From Lama glama (lineage: Eukaryota): 64,000 nucleotides of DNA. Below, one piece after another: positions 24,366 through 37,850 of the stretch (positions within the stretch are counted from its first letter, which is position 1; each line of letters starts with the position of its first letter). Below the pieces are notes generated by a model. It was given only the letters and a program-made list of their open reading frames with translations, had not been told where the DNA came from and did not search any database. Location: assembly GCA_028534125.1 (NCBI GenBank), contig CM052816.1:46564001-46628000 (forward strand). Reading direction: 5' to 3'. The translations under genes were made by a program, and so were the position numbers.

Positions 24366-26244
24366 TTCTTGGTTTCCAGAGACTGTTAATATAAGCGAGA
24401 ATCAATCATTCTAGTTGTATGATCCAGCAATAAATTTGGTCACTAAAATTGACAGCGAATAACTCTGTATTTTAAAAAGTAGAACAGTCAAAAGTCATGA
24501 CTTTCTCTACTCCTTTCCCATGACCAGCAGTACAAGTACTTTTAAACATTATGCTCTATTTAGATCTTCCACATTTTTATAGGGCCATGTTACAATTTAA
24601 AAAAAAAGTGATAGAAAAAATAATAAAATAAGTGACTAGAATAGAAATCTAGGGGAGAAGGTCAGAGAAATACGATTGTTTGACCTGAAACAGATGTGCT
24701 AAATGTTATATTAATCAAGGTCTCTGGGGATATAAAGAAAGTACTGCCTGTTTCTTGAAGGGACAGAGCCAGAGGCCATTGCAAAGTTGTTCAGGCCTCC
24801 GTAAGCAACAGCTTCCTGACCAAACAGGCTATGAGATGTGAGATTATGTGCCTATGGGTTCACTCAACAGACCATTTTTCAAATGATCAAGGATTTATTT
24901 CTGCCTGCCAGACAACCAGTTTTTGTACATCTGATCAAATTACAGGCATGCAGTCAATTTTAGTTTAACATCCACTACTTCCAAATATCAAATACACCCC
25001 TCTTTCATCCAGGGTTTCTCATCTCCTATTAAGAGGTTATAAGGATAGGTCCTATAAATTTTTTAGAGCAAGATATCTTTCTAGTAAAAAAGGGCAATGA
25101 TCCTTTTCCCCCTCAGATTCACCCCATCCACAGAGAAGCTGAGGCTCAAACAGCTGTCGCAGAAGGCAGGTCATGGTCCGTGGCTGCCAAATTACCCATA
25201 AGAAGACAGCATCTTCAGCACACTTAGAAGGGCTAGCAGGAGAATGCAGCTGAAACTCTTCCAGTTCCCTGACACCTTTTCCAATTTAGTCCCTGCCATG
25301 GACATGCAGAGACCCAGGGCAGATCGTGCCCCAAGCAATGTCTACTGAGGTAACCGCCCAGAAGGGCCGCGCCAGCCTAGGATACCTGGGGGAGGTGGAA
25401 CCAACAATTCTTCTGCCTTGAGTCAAAATAAAGCCTGAAATGCTATCTTTTATGATTTCTAATGTCAACTAAAAATAACAGGGGTGGTTAGTTCAGACCT
25501 CAGATTCACCTTGGAGATTGTTCCTAATTGTACATATCCACAAAAGTGTCTTTTTCCCAAATGGAATTGGTCATTGACATGTGGATGTGCTCCTAATAGC
25601 AAAATAAAAATACTCCCTGCCTGAAGCATTATAATAAAGTTGTCTTTTTCCATCTCATTGTCTCAAAACATTTAATCAATTGACATGACATCTGGGGCTG
25701 GTCAAAAGGAGCCACCTCTATTAATTTATAATTGCCATCGTCATTAACTTATTGATGGCATTCTCATTATTTTAACTTATTTTTAACGTTTTTAAAATGT
25801 TTTTTATGCCATAAACTCTCTTGGGAGTCAAGGATAAAAACCTATGTACTTTTTAATTCTGTGTTGCCATTTTTTAAAAAAATCGAGCCCCAAGGAAAAT
25901 TCTGAAGCAGACACATTTGTCTGCAAAAAAGCTGGCCTCCCATTTAGAAAGATTTCCTATTGCTTACCTAATTTCAAGAACCTAAGATCTTCCTCCTATC
26001 AAATTCTCATCTAAGTCTTATATTAAATGAAATTTTGAAAGTGCATTTAATTCTCCTAAGACAGAACCAGGTACACAGGAAAAACCCCAAATGTATAGTC
26101 CCCTTATTTTTCCAGCTCAGGAAAGGCTCTATTATCAGTTATTTCCAAAGGCATGAGAACATTAATTGATAATTTTCTTCTACCTGCAGTATTGTCTCTT
26201 CTCTAGTTACAAAATAAGAGCCTTGTCTCCTTGTTAAAGAAAGG

Positions 26245-26288
<44 letters not shown>
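26245..26288. repeat. (GT)6 ATAT (GT)14 microsatellite
   Basis: Read directly. Confidence 0.97.
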
Positions 26289-26291
<3 letters not shown>

Positions 26292-27397
26292 GATGAGGCA
26301 TGAGAAAGGAAAAGAGGAATGGAAGACATACAAATACTTCCTGGGATCCTGAATGTCACAAACTAAGCAGTTACTTCACTCTGCCTACAAATGAAACCAA
26401 ATTTGCCCTTTTGTCCTCCCCTCTCCCTCCTCCACCTACCTACCTACAACCCCTCACCAACCTGACTCCAGACTCCCGACTCCTGTCTCCTGGGCACGAG
26501 CCAGCTTCCCTGTCTTTATCTTCCTGAGTTTACAACAGGATTCTGATGACCCTATCTCAATTCTGGCAGCAGAGAGCTAAGTACTTCACTGACAAGACAC
26601 GGCTTGTCCCAGGCAGACAATGGGAAGTAGATAACTGTTAAAAAACGTTTAATTCCAAACATGGGAATGAATTAGCTAAACCGCTTTGGTAATGATTTTC
26701 CTCAGTAACAAATACCAGGAGGAAAGGCATTCCTTAGCACAATGGTGTGTACATGACAACTGGTTGGGTTCATTTACTTAACATGGTTTGCATAAATTGG
26801 GATAAACAGTCTACATTTTTTCTGATATTGTCTCCGTCTTATTGTGAATTTTAGAGCTTCAACAATGGCTGTGTTTTAAATATTTGAGAACATACCAGAC
26901 AGGCATCCTCCACCCTATTACCCAAAATATTACAAATACGAGCTAACTTGGGGAATCTGCATCCCATATTTCTTCCCCACTAAGCTTATAAAATGTCTGT
27001 GCATATATACATTCGCATGCAAATGTTCTTGCTGAACATAAGTATACTCACAAAGCCATAGTCAATCTCTTATTTGTGCGGCCAGAAGTCTGTAAGAATA
27101 AAGACTAAATTGCATATAAAGTTCAGGGCATCTCTGAGTGGCAGACCCTCTCTATAGAATGTGGGCCGCTCATCTAGACATCCTAGTATTTTGACATAAG
27201 CCCTGTCAGAAGATTCCATGCTACCAGATACACTTCTTCTGAAAATGTCATCCAGGGTAGAAATTGATTTTCTGCCTCAAATGCAGCTACTGCTCTGAGA
27301 AACCTCCTATCCTATTAAAAGTGTTCGTGTTCCATTTCCATCTAGACATAGGTCACATGATGAAACTGACATATTTGTAGGAATGCAAAATTCTCAC

Positions 27398-27615
27398 TGA
27401 TTCGTTCATTCATTCAACAACTGTATACAAATCACTGCTGGAGATGCGGCAGAGAACAAGATAGTGAAGCTCCCTGATCCCATAAAACTACTTTCTATGA
27501 TTTCCGATAGTGCATTATTATGAAAAAATAATACAAAACAGGGTCATTTGCTAAAGAAAGGTTATTTTTCGATTGGACAAAGAAAACCTCTCCCGAGGCT
27601 GTGATATTTGAGCAA
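27398..27615 (-). mobile_element. L2 LINE 3' end
   Basis: 'ttcattcattcaacaa...gctggagatgcggcagagaacaagat...gtgatatttgagc'. Confidence 0.65.
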
Positions 27616-27639
27616 ATCATACACAATTACAGATATCAA

Positions 27640-27815
27640 ATAACCTGGTAGAAAGGACTCAGGATTTGGAGACAGACGACTCAAGTTCTAATTTCTTCTA
27701 AGTCTTTAGGCAAGTTCCTGAAAGCTTTCTACCTCTTAGCATAGAATTGGTATCCCACTGGGGACATCTCTCATTGTCCCTAAAAGGGCTGATGCTGGTT
27801 CAACTTGATGAGCTT
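27640..27815 (+). mobile_element. MIR SINE fragment
   Basis: 'ggtagaaaggactcaggatttggagacagacgactcaagttctaat...ttaggcaagtt'. Confidence 0.5.
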
Positions 27816-29074
27816 TCCCATTATGATATTTATATTATGCCTAAAACCCACTACACCCACCTTTTTAAATATGAAGACTCAAAAATCAATGCTTCTCAAC
27901 CCTGGATGAACAATGACCTGGAATCCTAACCCTGCTGGCATTCCTTTAAATGCTGAAGTAAGTAATGTGAGGTGAATTAGTAGGAAGATTCAGAGGTACA
28001 ATTCACGGGCTGCTAAGAAAAGGGGGTGGGGTGAGGTCTTTCAGGACTCGTGAGTCCGCTGTCTCTGAAGGCTCTGCTGCCTTACAGAAAACCATCTGAT
28101 ACAAGTGAAAAATTCTGAAGCAATTCAACATTCCTATAGCAGATTTATCCCAGGTTATTCAGTGCTAGTTATCTGTATCAGGGGCAGAAAACAAGTTTGT
28201 GATAGCATCAAGAAGCAAGATTTGCACTGGAGGTGATGTATATGTTTGTGGTGTTACCACATTTGTTACCACACTTTTTTTCAAGTTATGCAACAGAAAT
28301 CACACTCTCTTGAGGTTAAATTCTGCCCTACTCTCTTCAAAAGATTTTAAATTTCACGCCTCCACCCACACATTAAACTAGTAGTCCAAACCAGATGGAG
28401 GTTAGCATTTTAGGTTCGAATGACTGTCTGGTGAACATCTTTCCTTGCATTGCCCATAACTATTGCTTTTACCTTTAGGCCTATTAGTGCCTTGCTTGAT
28501 TTCTGACATTAAAGTGCATATAAATGAGTCTAAGTCTCACTCTGAGCTATGTAACTTTCTATACTGTGGCCATATGAAGTGGTTCAAAAATAGTTTTTTG
28601 ATAGGTCATTAGGAAGAACCAAGAGAGAATTCAGAGATGAATGGGAAGCATCTTAATAAACAAACACATTCACAAACTAGCATCTTTTCTCATGGTACTT
28701 TCTATTACCCCCACCAAATACATAATTCTTCTTTCTCTTCACTCTTTAACCGATCTTCAAGGCTGAACTCGCCTCTCATCACCTTTCTCCCTCTACCAGA
28801 CTTCTAGAATGCACAATATTATATATATATAATTGTTTTTGTATTTGATTGATTTAACTGAAGTATAAGTCTCTACAAGATAAAAGACATATCTTACATT
28901 GCTGTTTCTCAATAGCTTCTAAGTAATTAGACTAGAATTAGCCAGCAAATGGAACTGCTTTTGGAGAAGTCTTTTTGCCTAGGGCTATAGGATTAGAGCT
29001 TAACCTGGATCACGTATTCAGAAAAGAAGTAGTAGAATAAATCCACTAAGCATGTTCCTGGCTAGAAACCTGTA

Positions 29075-29260
29075 GTTTTAGAGATAGGAGGAAAGCTCTG
29101 AGAATCTGAAGGCAGAACTAGATTTGAAAGTTAGTTCAATCACTCCTCTGTAAAATGGGCTTACAGAATTCCAATAGGAATAAACATAAAATATATATGC
29201 AGCTCTACAGTATGACTAGCATACAGTAGGTACTTGGTAAATAACAGCAATCATTATGAT
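29075..29260 (+). mobile_element. MIR SINE fragment
   Basis: 'ctctgtaaaatggg...tagcatacagtaggtacttggtaaat'. Confidence 0.55.
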
Positions 29261-29549
29261 GGCCCAGTATTGTTAGAAAAAAAGACTTTTAATATATTTT
29301 TGTCTGGAAATCCAGGATGAGATGAGATATAAAAAATTGCAGGCAAAATTTAAATCTATGAGAAAGATCAGCTGGGTCACATTGATCACTTGGCTCCAAG
29401 TGAAATCTGGATTAGTGTAGGAACAGGGCTACTCTTAGACTTTTATTTTATTATCCAAGAAGTGTATCTTTTTCCCCCCTTCCTTTTGGTTGATTTTATA
29501 AAGTCTTAAAGCCTCCATGTTCTAGAAACTACAACAATGTTGTACAAAT

Positions 29550-29700
29550 GAAAGAGCCCAGGACTTGAAGTCAGCATATGTGGGTTCTGGTCTCATGGGA
29601 AGAAATTGAACAAATATCTTAATCTCTGCACCTTGTTTTGATCCAGTGAAATGAGCCCACTTACTCCATAAAGCTCTTGAGAAAATTAAGACGGTTTATA
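29550..29700 (+). mobile_element. MIR SINE fragment
   Basis: 'gaaagagcccaggacttgaagtcag...tgggttctggtctc...cttaatctctgcacctt'. Confidence 0.55.
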
Positions 29701-29999
29701 AAACGTATCAATAAACTTAGAGTTGATAAGCCAAACAAATCAGCAATCAAGTTAAAAAATCAATGGATATTGAATTGGTACCTCCTGTTTACCATAAGCA
29801 AAGAACTATGAAAGATACAAAAGACTTCGGAGCCAGAGAGCCCAGCCTAGGTTTGTAGTTGCCAATGAGATTGCAATTCACTTAAACAGGCCACAAAACT
29901 AAATGAACATTGTGCCAACGTTAAAAAAGAACATTCCATAGAGAGTGATGACACACAGAGTCTGATCAGGAACTTCCCAGGGCTATCACTCAAAGGCCA

Positions 30000-30450
30000 C
30001 TTCAAATGAGCTCTCACCCACCTCTGGAAGCCTCATGTCCCAGGTCTTGCTTGGAAACTGCTTCAGCCAGTTGGAACACAGGCTATCTATCCCCAGACAT
30101 GTGATGAACTTCCCCTCTGTTTGCTCATGCTCCTTCTTTGCTCATCTAACCACTCAACTACCCGGAATCTGTCCCCTTTTTAAAATCCCTTCCATTTATC
30201 ACCACACACCCTAACGGCCACTTTTCCCATGAAGCCTTCCCAACTCCTCAAACTAACTTTGTATTCATTTTCCACTTTTGAGCCCCACATTTCATTTTGT
30301 TAGTGACTCACAGTGGCAGTCTGTACAGTCTACCTATATGGTACCTTTTCCTCTTGGATTGTAAGAGAGAAAACTGAAACTCCTTCACCTTGTATCACCC
30401 CCAACAACTTGTTCATAGTCGGTATTGACTAAGTTCTTAATAATTAAATT
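30000..30450 (+). mobile_element. L2 LINE 3' fragment
   Basis: 'ccacttttcccatgaagccttccc...ggattgtaag...tgtatcaccccc...catagtcggtatt'. Confidence 0.55.
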
Positions 30451-31759
30451 TACTAATAGAATCTGATTGAGATGTATATAAATCATGCAATCTTAATCTT
30501 GATTTGAACAAAACAACTCAGTGCTACCTCATTCATTCATTCCTAAAGTGGGTATTGGTGCCTATGATATATAAGCCTAGGGGCTACATGCAAGTAAACA
30601 GCTGATTGCAGAAGTAGATGATACGGTTTTGATAAAAGAAGTATAGGATGGGGTGTGGAGGGGTGGGGAGGGAGGAGATACATACTCATTCCTTAATGCT
30701 CACCGATGGACTTTTAATGACTAAAGGAAGAGTTTTCTCAGTAGGTGATCCATGAATCAGAAAGCTGGCTTAGATATCAAACCTCTCTCTCCAAAGAGGG
30801 TGGTAGCAGAAAGATTCAAGTTCAGCACAGAAGAGATAAAGAGCAAAGGTAGAGGAGGCCCTTTCTCTCTCTGCGTATTGAACTGGTAGTTCTCTATCAG
30901 AGGAAAATACTGGGAAGACTGATAAATGTCTCCATCTCCCAAATAAAACTTCATGCAGTATTATCACAATTATATCTTTTTTCCCCACTTTTTCTTTTTT
31001 TACTGATTCAGAACAATTGAATTTTAGAAATAGTAGTGTTGAAATACAGCAAACATCTTAAATGCAGCAGCAATAAAGTTAAGGCTGAAGCATAATGTTT
31101 TTTGTATATTCCTTCTCTATTTCTCCTTTTGGATTATAGATTATGAAAGAGGGATTTTATGCAGCAGTTGGTGACAAAATATATTTCTTATTAATGTGTA
31201 ATATTTGCTACATTAATAATTTTATGCCTTTAATTATTGATGCAAACTTAATTGTGCCCCATGTCCCCTTTTCTTGCAGCTCAATAAAAACTATATATTT
31301 CTTTAATTAGGCTTCATTTGAAGACTGGAAGACAATGCAGGAGTGCTTTCTTGCTAATTCACCTATCTACAGCCAGGAAAGAAATGGAATTAGTGTCTTC
31401 CATGCAGTTTAGTGAGAAAAAATATCTAACTGTTCTGAAAGTGTGACTTTCCTTTGCACCGTTAACCTCACCCAGAGGCCAGGGATATACAGCCAACTGA
31501 AAGTGCACACTGCAACAGGGGATGATTCTCTCCCCTTCCTGGCTCTGGGGAGAGATTTCATTGATTTTAGTAGAGAGAGAAAAGAAAAATTGGGGTCACC
31601 TACATGATTATCATTGTCTTCCCTCTTTGTATTCTCTGCTCTACTAGAAATGTAATCTTAGTCTTTCCTGCTTGATTTCAACATTTTGTTGTGGTACTCC
31701 ACTTGCAATCACTGGGGATGTTATAACCGCTTTATTCTGTGTCCAAATGTTTCAAAACA

Positions 31760-31930
31760 ACTACAAGAAAGGCTAGATGGAAGGAAACTAATATTTGCTG
31801 AGCTTCTGATCTGGGTTATTACAAGGTGCTTCCAATCAATTATTACTTTAATCTCCTGGGGTCACAATTGTAAATGCCAACAAGTTCAGAAATGAAGACA
31901 GCAGATCAGGCTTGAGGAACAAGAAGCCCT
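31760..31930 (-). mobile_element. MIR SINE fragment
   Basis: 'ctaatatttgctgagcttct...tttaatctcc...cagaaatgaagacagcagatcag'. Confidence 0.45.
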
Positions 31931-32030
31931 CCAAGGGCCATCTTTCATTTTCCACTTTTGATAGAGAAATGAGTTCAGAAAAATGTTTATGAATGACAGT
32001 TGTAGTGGAAAAGAACCTAAAAAAAGAATA

Positions 32031-32110
32031 TATATATATATATCTTTTTGCTGTACACCAGAAACTAACACAACATTGCACATCAACTATACCTCAATTT
32101 AAAAAAAAAA
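32031..32110 (+). mobile_element. Extremely 5'-truncated cetartiodactyl-type L1 3' tail
   Basis: 'tttgctgtacaccagaaactaacacaacattgcacatcaactatacctcaatt' + poly-A; TSD aaaaaaagaata at 32019-32030 and 32104-32115 (partly merged with poly-A). Confidence 0.85.
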
Positions 32111-32329
32111 GAATAACATCTGTAACATTCTGGAAGAATAACAACAGAGCAATGAATTGCAGTTGATACTCTCGGTGTCGGTAGGATATTGAGAGAAATG
32201 GGACTGGCAAACTGGAAGGCTGACATCCCATCTCAGTAAGATCTCAACTCCGGCCCACTGTTGCCATGCTGAGAACTCATTTAAATTTTAAGTGAAGCTT
32301 AAAAGCTTCATTCTTAATTATATTTGTTT

Positions 32330-32607
32330 TTTGACTCAAATTTATGTGACTGATGACCTCAAACTCAGTAGCCTAAAACTATACAAATTTATTACCTCAC
32401 AGCTCTCTTGCTCAGGAGGTCGAACTGGAGTTCGCTGTGTCTTGTGCACAGGGTGCCACCAGGCTAAACTTGAGGTGTTGGTAGGGCCTATAATCACATC
32501 TGTGACACTAAAGTCCTCTTCCAAACTCACTGACTAATGGTACAGTTTGTTTTCTTGTGGTTGTCTGACCAAGAACCCTATTTTCTTGCTAGCTGTTTGT
32601 TAGGGAC
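32330..32607 (-). mobile_element. MLT1 (E/F-like) LTR, left part
   Basis: 'caaactcagtagcctaaaac...atttattacctcacag...gtcctcttccaaactcact...ttttcttgctagctgtt'. Confidence 0.75.
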
Positions 32608-33124
32608 TATAATAGGGAAGAACAAATCTGATACCATATTAGATCTGTTCCTTGAGCTCTAACCCTATATTCTATTTCTGGCGCTTAGTCACAGCTGGTT
32701 CTGCACCTTCTGTAAAATAATGTTGCCTGGAGCCTGAAACATACAAGACAGCCTATTCTCAAGGCTCTGACCTTAAGGGTATAGCACTTTCCCATTCATA
32801 TAAAGATAAAAAGTTGGAGAATAAAAAATAACATTTGTCTTGTTGGAGGTTTGCAGGGACACCATGACCTGAACTACATGGACAGCTCAAGAACAAAGAT
32901 TCTGACACCAAGAAGTTTGCAACAATCAACCACATCCCATCCCCTTTTTAGTATAAAAAGAGCCTGAATTCTGGCTTGGGGAAGATGGTTGTCCAGAGCA
33001 TTAATTTGCCATCTTCTTGATCTCCCGACTTTCCAAATAAAGTCATTATTCCTTGCCCCAATATCTCCTTTCCTGATTTAGGGCCTGTCGTGCAGCGAGC
33101 AGAACGAGTTTGGACTAGGTAACA
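32608..33124 (+). mobile_element. MER41-like ERV1 solo LTR (517 bp) nested in MLT1
   Basis: Starts tataatagggaagaacaaatctga (TG decayed to TA), ends cgagcagaacgagtttggactaggtaaca; TATAAAA 32952-32958, AATAAA 33036-33041; 4-bp TSD ggac/agac; MLT1 resumes immediately after. Confidence 0.85.
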
Positions 33125-33485
33125 AGACTACCTTTATCTTCCAGAGGCTGCTCTCCCATCCGGGCCCTGTAGCCTCCTCCACAGCTTACTTCTTCAAGCG
33201 TAGCAGGAAAATCTAACACTTCGAATCTCTCTGACCATTTTGAGCAGCTCACCTGAGTAGGTCAGGCTTTACCCAGGATTATCACCAGCTTGATTATAGC
33301 AAAGTGAAATGGTTAGGGATCTTAACTGCATCTGCAAAATCCCTTCCCTGACATAATGTAACACACTGATCAGAGTAATGTACTCCCATCATAGTCACAA
33401 GTACTGTTCCTACTCACGGGGACGGATTAGGCACAGGTGGGTGGGGAATCCTGGTGGCCGGCCTGGAATTCTGCTTACCTGGCAC
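33125..33485 (-). mobile_element. MLT1 (E/F-like) LTR, right part
   Basis: 'ttacttcttcaag...ctcacctgagtaggtcagg...agggatcttaactgcatctgcaaaatccctt...ctggaattctgcttacc'. Confidence 0.75.
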
Positions 33486-36400
33486 CTTTCTCAGGCTTCT
33501 TGCAGAAGTAAAGCACCTACTGAAGCTTAGAAAATGAGCTGCTGAGTCGCCACGAGTACTTTAACTTCCTTTCATTTTCAACAACTGCTTTGACCTCTTA
33601 GCACTATCTTATCACATTATCTGATTGGTCTGACGCCATCTGCATTCAGTGCCTGTCACTATTTTAAAAACTTCAGTGTTGGAGCCTTTTCCTGGCATTT
33701 GATAAGTATAATAAATAGTTGTCACAAATGAAATTTGCACAAAAGCTGACTGTGATGACAATAACAGGTATAGTTTTTGTAACTGTAATGTAGGTTGATT
33801 CTTGAAATCCTAAATTTATCATTAGTATACTCTATTCAGAGGGACTTACTCTCTTGATATACATAAAAAATTCAAACTTCAAAGCATTTTAGAAAATGAC
33901 AGGCATCTGAAAGTCTCATTTTTATTCTAATGAAAATATCTTTTACCAAGAAGTTAAACTTCTCACAAAATGTAAAAGGATTTTTTTATATAAAGGCACT
34001 AAAAAGTGTTATTCACAGCAAGACAACTTATAACCATGTTGATTTAGGAAAATCTTCAAGGATTTACTCAGGCAATTGTAAGGTAAACTCAGTTCTCACA
34101 ATGAAAGAAAAACGCTTTGAGAAGTTTTCTTGGGTTTCCTTTCAGCTTGTTTGCTTCTTTGCCTATACAAATATTTTATATCATTTTTAAGGGCAAACTA
34201 TAAGAAATATTTACGTTCGGAAAAGAAATACATCTGTAGGAATTTAGATTTAATTTTAAAAACAGGTAAACAATCCTATAAACAAAATCAATGATTTCCC
34301 CAGGTACTCTCTGAAAATAAATAAAAACAAGTCAGCTTTGGTTGCCTCATTTGTTGCTTGAATACTAAAGAGAAAAGCACTGGGATTTTGAAGGGCAGCT
34401 GTGTTATTTTAGACTTTACAAATCATACACAATAATTCATGATTTAGAAAAGAACTGTTGGGTTATCTGGCTATTCTCTTTTAAGAGTAGCAGTTAAAAC
34501 AATCAGCTCACTTCACACACAGAAGAGAACTCTTCAAACTCTTCTTAAGAAAACAAATCTTCCATCAGATAAATGACAACTTTATTTAAAAGAGAAGTCT
34601 TGTGTACTTCTCCAGTTCTTATTGATGAATCTCTCCTTCCCAATTTTAAAATTTGTTGTGTCAACTCTACACTTCTTGTAGCACATACATGAACTAGATC
34701 AATTCAACCAAATGCCAATACGTCACCCCATCTGATTTTCAACACAGCACATTGGTAATTACTTAGAGAAAGATGTTTCTATATATATAATTTCCATATG
34801 AGAAGACTGATAAGATTACACACAAATGTAGTCTTAACTTGGAAGTTTACTGTGATAGGCAACATTTCTGAGCACTCTTTGACTGTGGCCAGAGGTGATT
34901 TTTTTGAAAAACTCAAAAACTTTGTGATAGGTTTACTGTGGTCATTTGGTAAAAATATAATTTCAAAAGACTAGACAGATGGTGGGATTATTAATAGCAA
35001 CAAAAAAGCTCATTTTAAAAGCATTTTCTTGTTAATTTTTGTTATATTTAAAAATAAAAGCAAATCTAATTTTAGATCCTGATCTACCTCTTCATTCCTG
35101 TTGAGTGAAAAGAGAAATTTATATATGGTATAATTTGAGGAGCACTGAGCACCTTCAACTGGCCTTCCTTAACTCTAGTGACTGAGACTTCAGGACTATA
35201 GTTTAAAGGCACTGGCAACCACCATTTAAAGGCAGAAGCTATCTGGCAGGGGTAATGCGTAAAGTCATTACCAAGTAAGATCTGTTTTGAAAGATAAATT
35301 GTGGCCTTCTACTGAGTATCTAGCCAAATAGGAGCCACAGCAGTTAGATCTGAAGAAGATGGGAAAAAGAAAAGTCAACTACTAAAACACCCCAGCCATA
35401 ATAATGATCCAGTGAATATGCTGAATTGAATCAACTTGAACAGAGAGCAAGACTTTACCTCTGGGACCCTGTCAAAGGGTACTGCTTTGTAGCTGGATCT
35501 CAAGGGAGAAGTATGAGGTCCAGGGGAAAGGAAATGAACAGAAACTACAAAAAGACGGAAGAAGAGTGTCCACATTCGTGTCTGGATATTTAAAATAAAG
35601 TAGGGGTGAAGAAACAGGAGTGTGTAAATACTACCCAGAGAGATGCCTCTCTTCCATGAGTACAAAGTTCCAACTCGTTATGTAGCTGATAATTCCTTTT
35701 AGAAATCCATGAAGGATTAACTGACATCTAGAAGTCTTTACAGAAGTGTTTCCTATATCTAGGTAGCAGGTAGGTGTAATTATCGTATCATTTAAATAAA
35801 ACAGAATAACAAAACGTCCCTGATGTATGCTGAATCCAAGGGATAGTTCAGCTACGTACAATAAAAAACAGAGCCATTGGTTAGCAACTTGAACGATCAC
35901 CCACAAGAATAAGATTAAGCCAATTTTGCACTTTTCAGGTTGGCCAGAGCTTGAATTCAAATCTGCAATAAGGTCCTTATGGTAGGATGTATCTTTAATT
36001 TCACTATCTAGCCATTTTATCCAAGATGATGTAGATTTCAAAGTTTAATTTTATACTCATAACCACTAGCGTTTAATTTTCTCCAACAGGGTATCAATAA
36101 ATTTCTGTCAGTGAATTGGCAAAATAATGATTTTTTCTTAATTTATTTCTTGCCTCTCAATAATTTTGCAACCCAGCTCTGTTTCTAAGAGCTCTGTTTT
36201 TACTTTTTGCGGGAGAAAAGAAATCTGTTTGCACAATGCAACAAGATCTAGGAATTTGTAACATGGGAAGCTGAGCAATTGTTTCAGTATTTTCACCAGC
36301 AGTTTTCAGAGGGAAGGATCATACAACTGTATTTAATCAGGAAAATCTTCTTATCACAGAAGCTCAGAATATCAATGTCAAGACATTGCATATGATGCAG

Positions 36401-36524
36401 TGCTGCCTGCTGGCATCCAGGACATTCCGAGTTCAAAGAGAAGATCCACTAGAAAGAGCCTCTCAGAAAAGTCAGAGACTTCTGGATACTATTTCAAATA
36501 TGCATACTCTTCAGTTGAATGACT

Positions 36525-36700
36525 GATCATATTTCCTTGATTCAAGATACCCATTTTTCATAAATATGGTTTTCAAAATTGGGAAGTAACTTTTAATCAA
36601 GGTCTATTTTAACTATGGTGATTTTTTTTTGCAAAATTATTATTTAATCAATGGTGACTCTTAAATGATCGGTGGTTCTTTAGACATGAGATAAGAGGTA
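36525..36700. mobile_element. Possible TcMar-Tigger-like MITE relic
   Basis: Degenerate terminal inverted repeats 'catatttccttgattcaagat' ... 'tttagacatgagataagaggta'. Confidence 0.35.
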
Positions 36701-37224
36701 TTCCAACAAATAAACACAAGGCCAAATATGAAAACAGTAAAATCTTTTGAGAGAACCAATATTTACCTTGATAATGTAAACTCTTAGCAAATGAGGAAAA
36801 ACAGAAAAGGGAAAATTCTGTACCATAGTAGTGATCTTAGCTATTAGACACTGGATCTATGTTTAAAAGCATGTGGAATGCTTCTCCAGACTAAATTTAG
36901 TACCCTTGTTGGGGAGAGAATTTACTTGTTATTTATAAGAACACCGTGTGCATGTGCACGTGCATGTGTGTGTGTGGTTTCTCACTAATTCAAAGCACAC
37001 TAGAGACCTTAATACCATATCTACAATATGACAGTTATTGTTTTCATGAAAGATAAATGAGTACATGTGGTTAAGAATGGTGATAGCAAAATGATTTTCT
37101 TTTCCCTTTGGAAAGCTGTAGTTTGACCTGTTTGACACATTAAGGGGAAGCTTCCAATCTGAAACTTTTTCTTAACTCATGAGTTAATTAAGGTATTCTA
37201 AGTGAGGATATAACTGAGCATTTT

Positions 37225-37400
37225 GGCAATACAAGGAGACTTCGAGATTATCTAGAACATCTGGCCCATTTTATAGACAAGAAACATGAGGCCCAAAGGA
37301 GAGAATCATTTGCTCTGCCCAAGGTTGCCTAATTAATTAGTGACAGAACCACAGGTAGAACCCAGTACTTGCTTTTTCCAATGTAAGGCTTTTTTCAGTG
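37225..37400 (-). mobile_element. MIR SINE
   Basis: 'cccattttatagacaagaaacatgaggccc...tgcccaaggttgcc...ttagtgacaga...tagaacccag'. Confidence 0.75.
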
Positions 37401-37674
37401 GAGAAGAGACAATCTCCCTCCATAAATATGATACAATACTATGGTTCTGGGCAGCTTTGCCAGAACCTAGAAACCTAGCCCACGTCTCAAAAGAGTTTTG
37501 AGAAAGCAGAGCTCAGTTCTACCACAATATTTCAAGTGGTATCTGTACTCCTCCGGCCACTGTGCATGGATATAATGTCCACATGATTTTTGTAGTGGAT
37601 CTGGGAGTGACTGCATTAAAACCCAGTATTTTAAGCAGTCAAGGAAATCTTTAATAAGTTAGAAACATATATCA

Positions 37675-37850
37675 TTTTGAGAACTGGAAGAGACGGGTAC
37701 AATAAATTTCATTTCATTCCCTAAATTTATAGAGGAGGAAGACAATGTCTGGGAAAGTCAGATGGCCTATCACATGCTGATTGGTGCAGGGTCAGGACTG
37801 GAACACACATTTTCTAACTCCCTGTCCACTACTTTTTCATGACACCACAC
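37675..37850 (-). mobile_element. MIR SINE
   Basis: 'tttatagaggaggaagac...cagggtcaggactggaacacacattttctaactccc'. Confidence 0.65.

Noticed and set aside
35631..36041. 136-aa minus ORF and a 43-nt plus exon candidate (35939-35981)
   Set aside because: No recognisable homology, non-ATG start, mediocre donor, not frame-preserving
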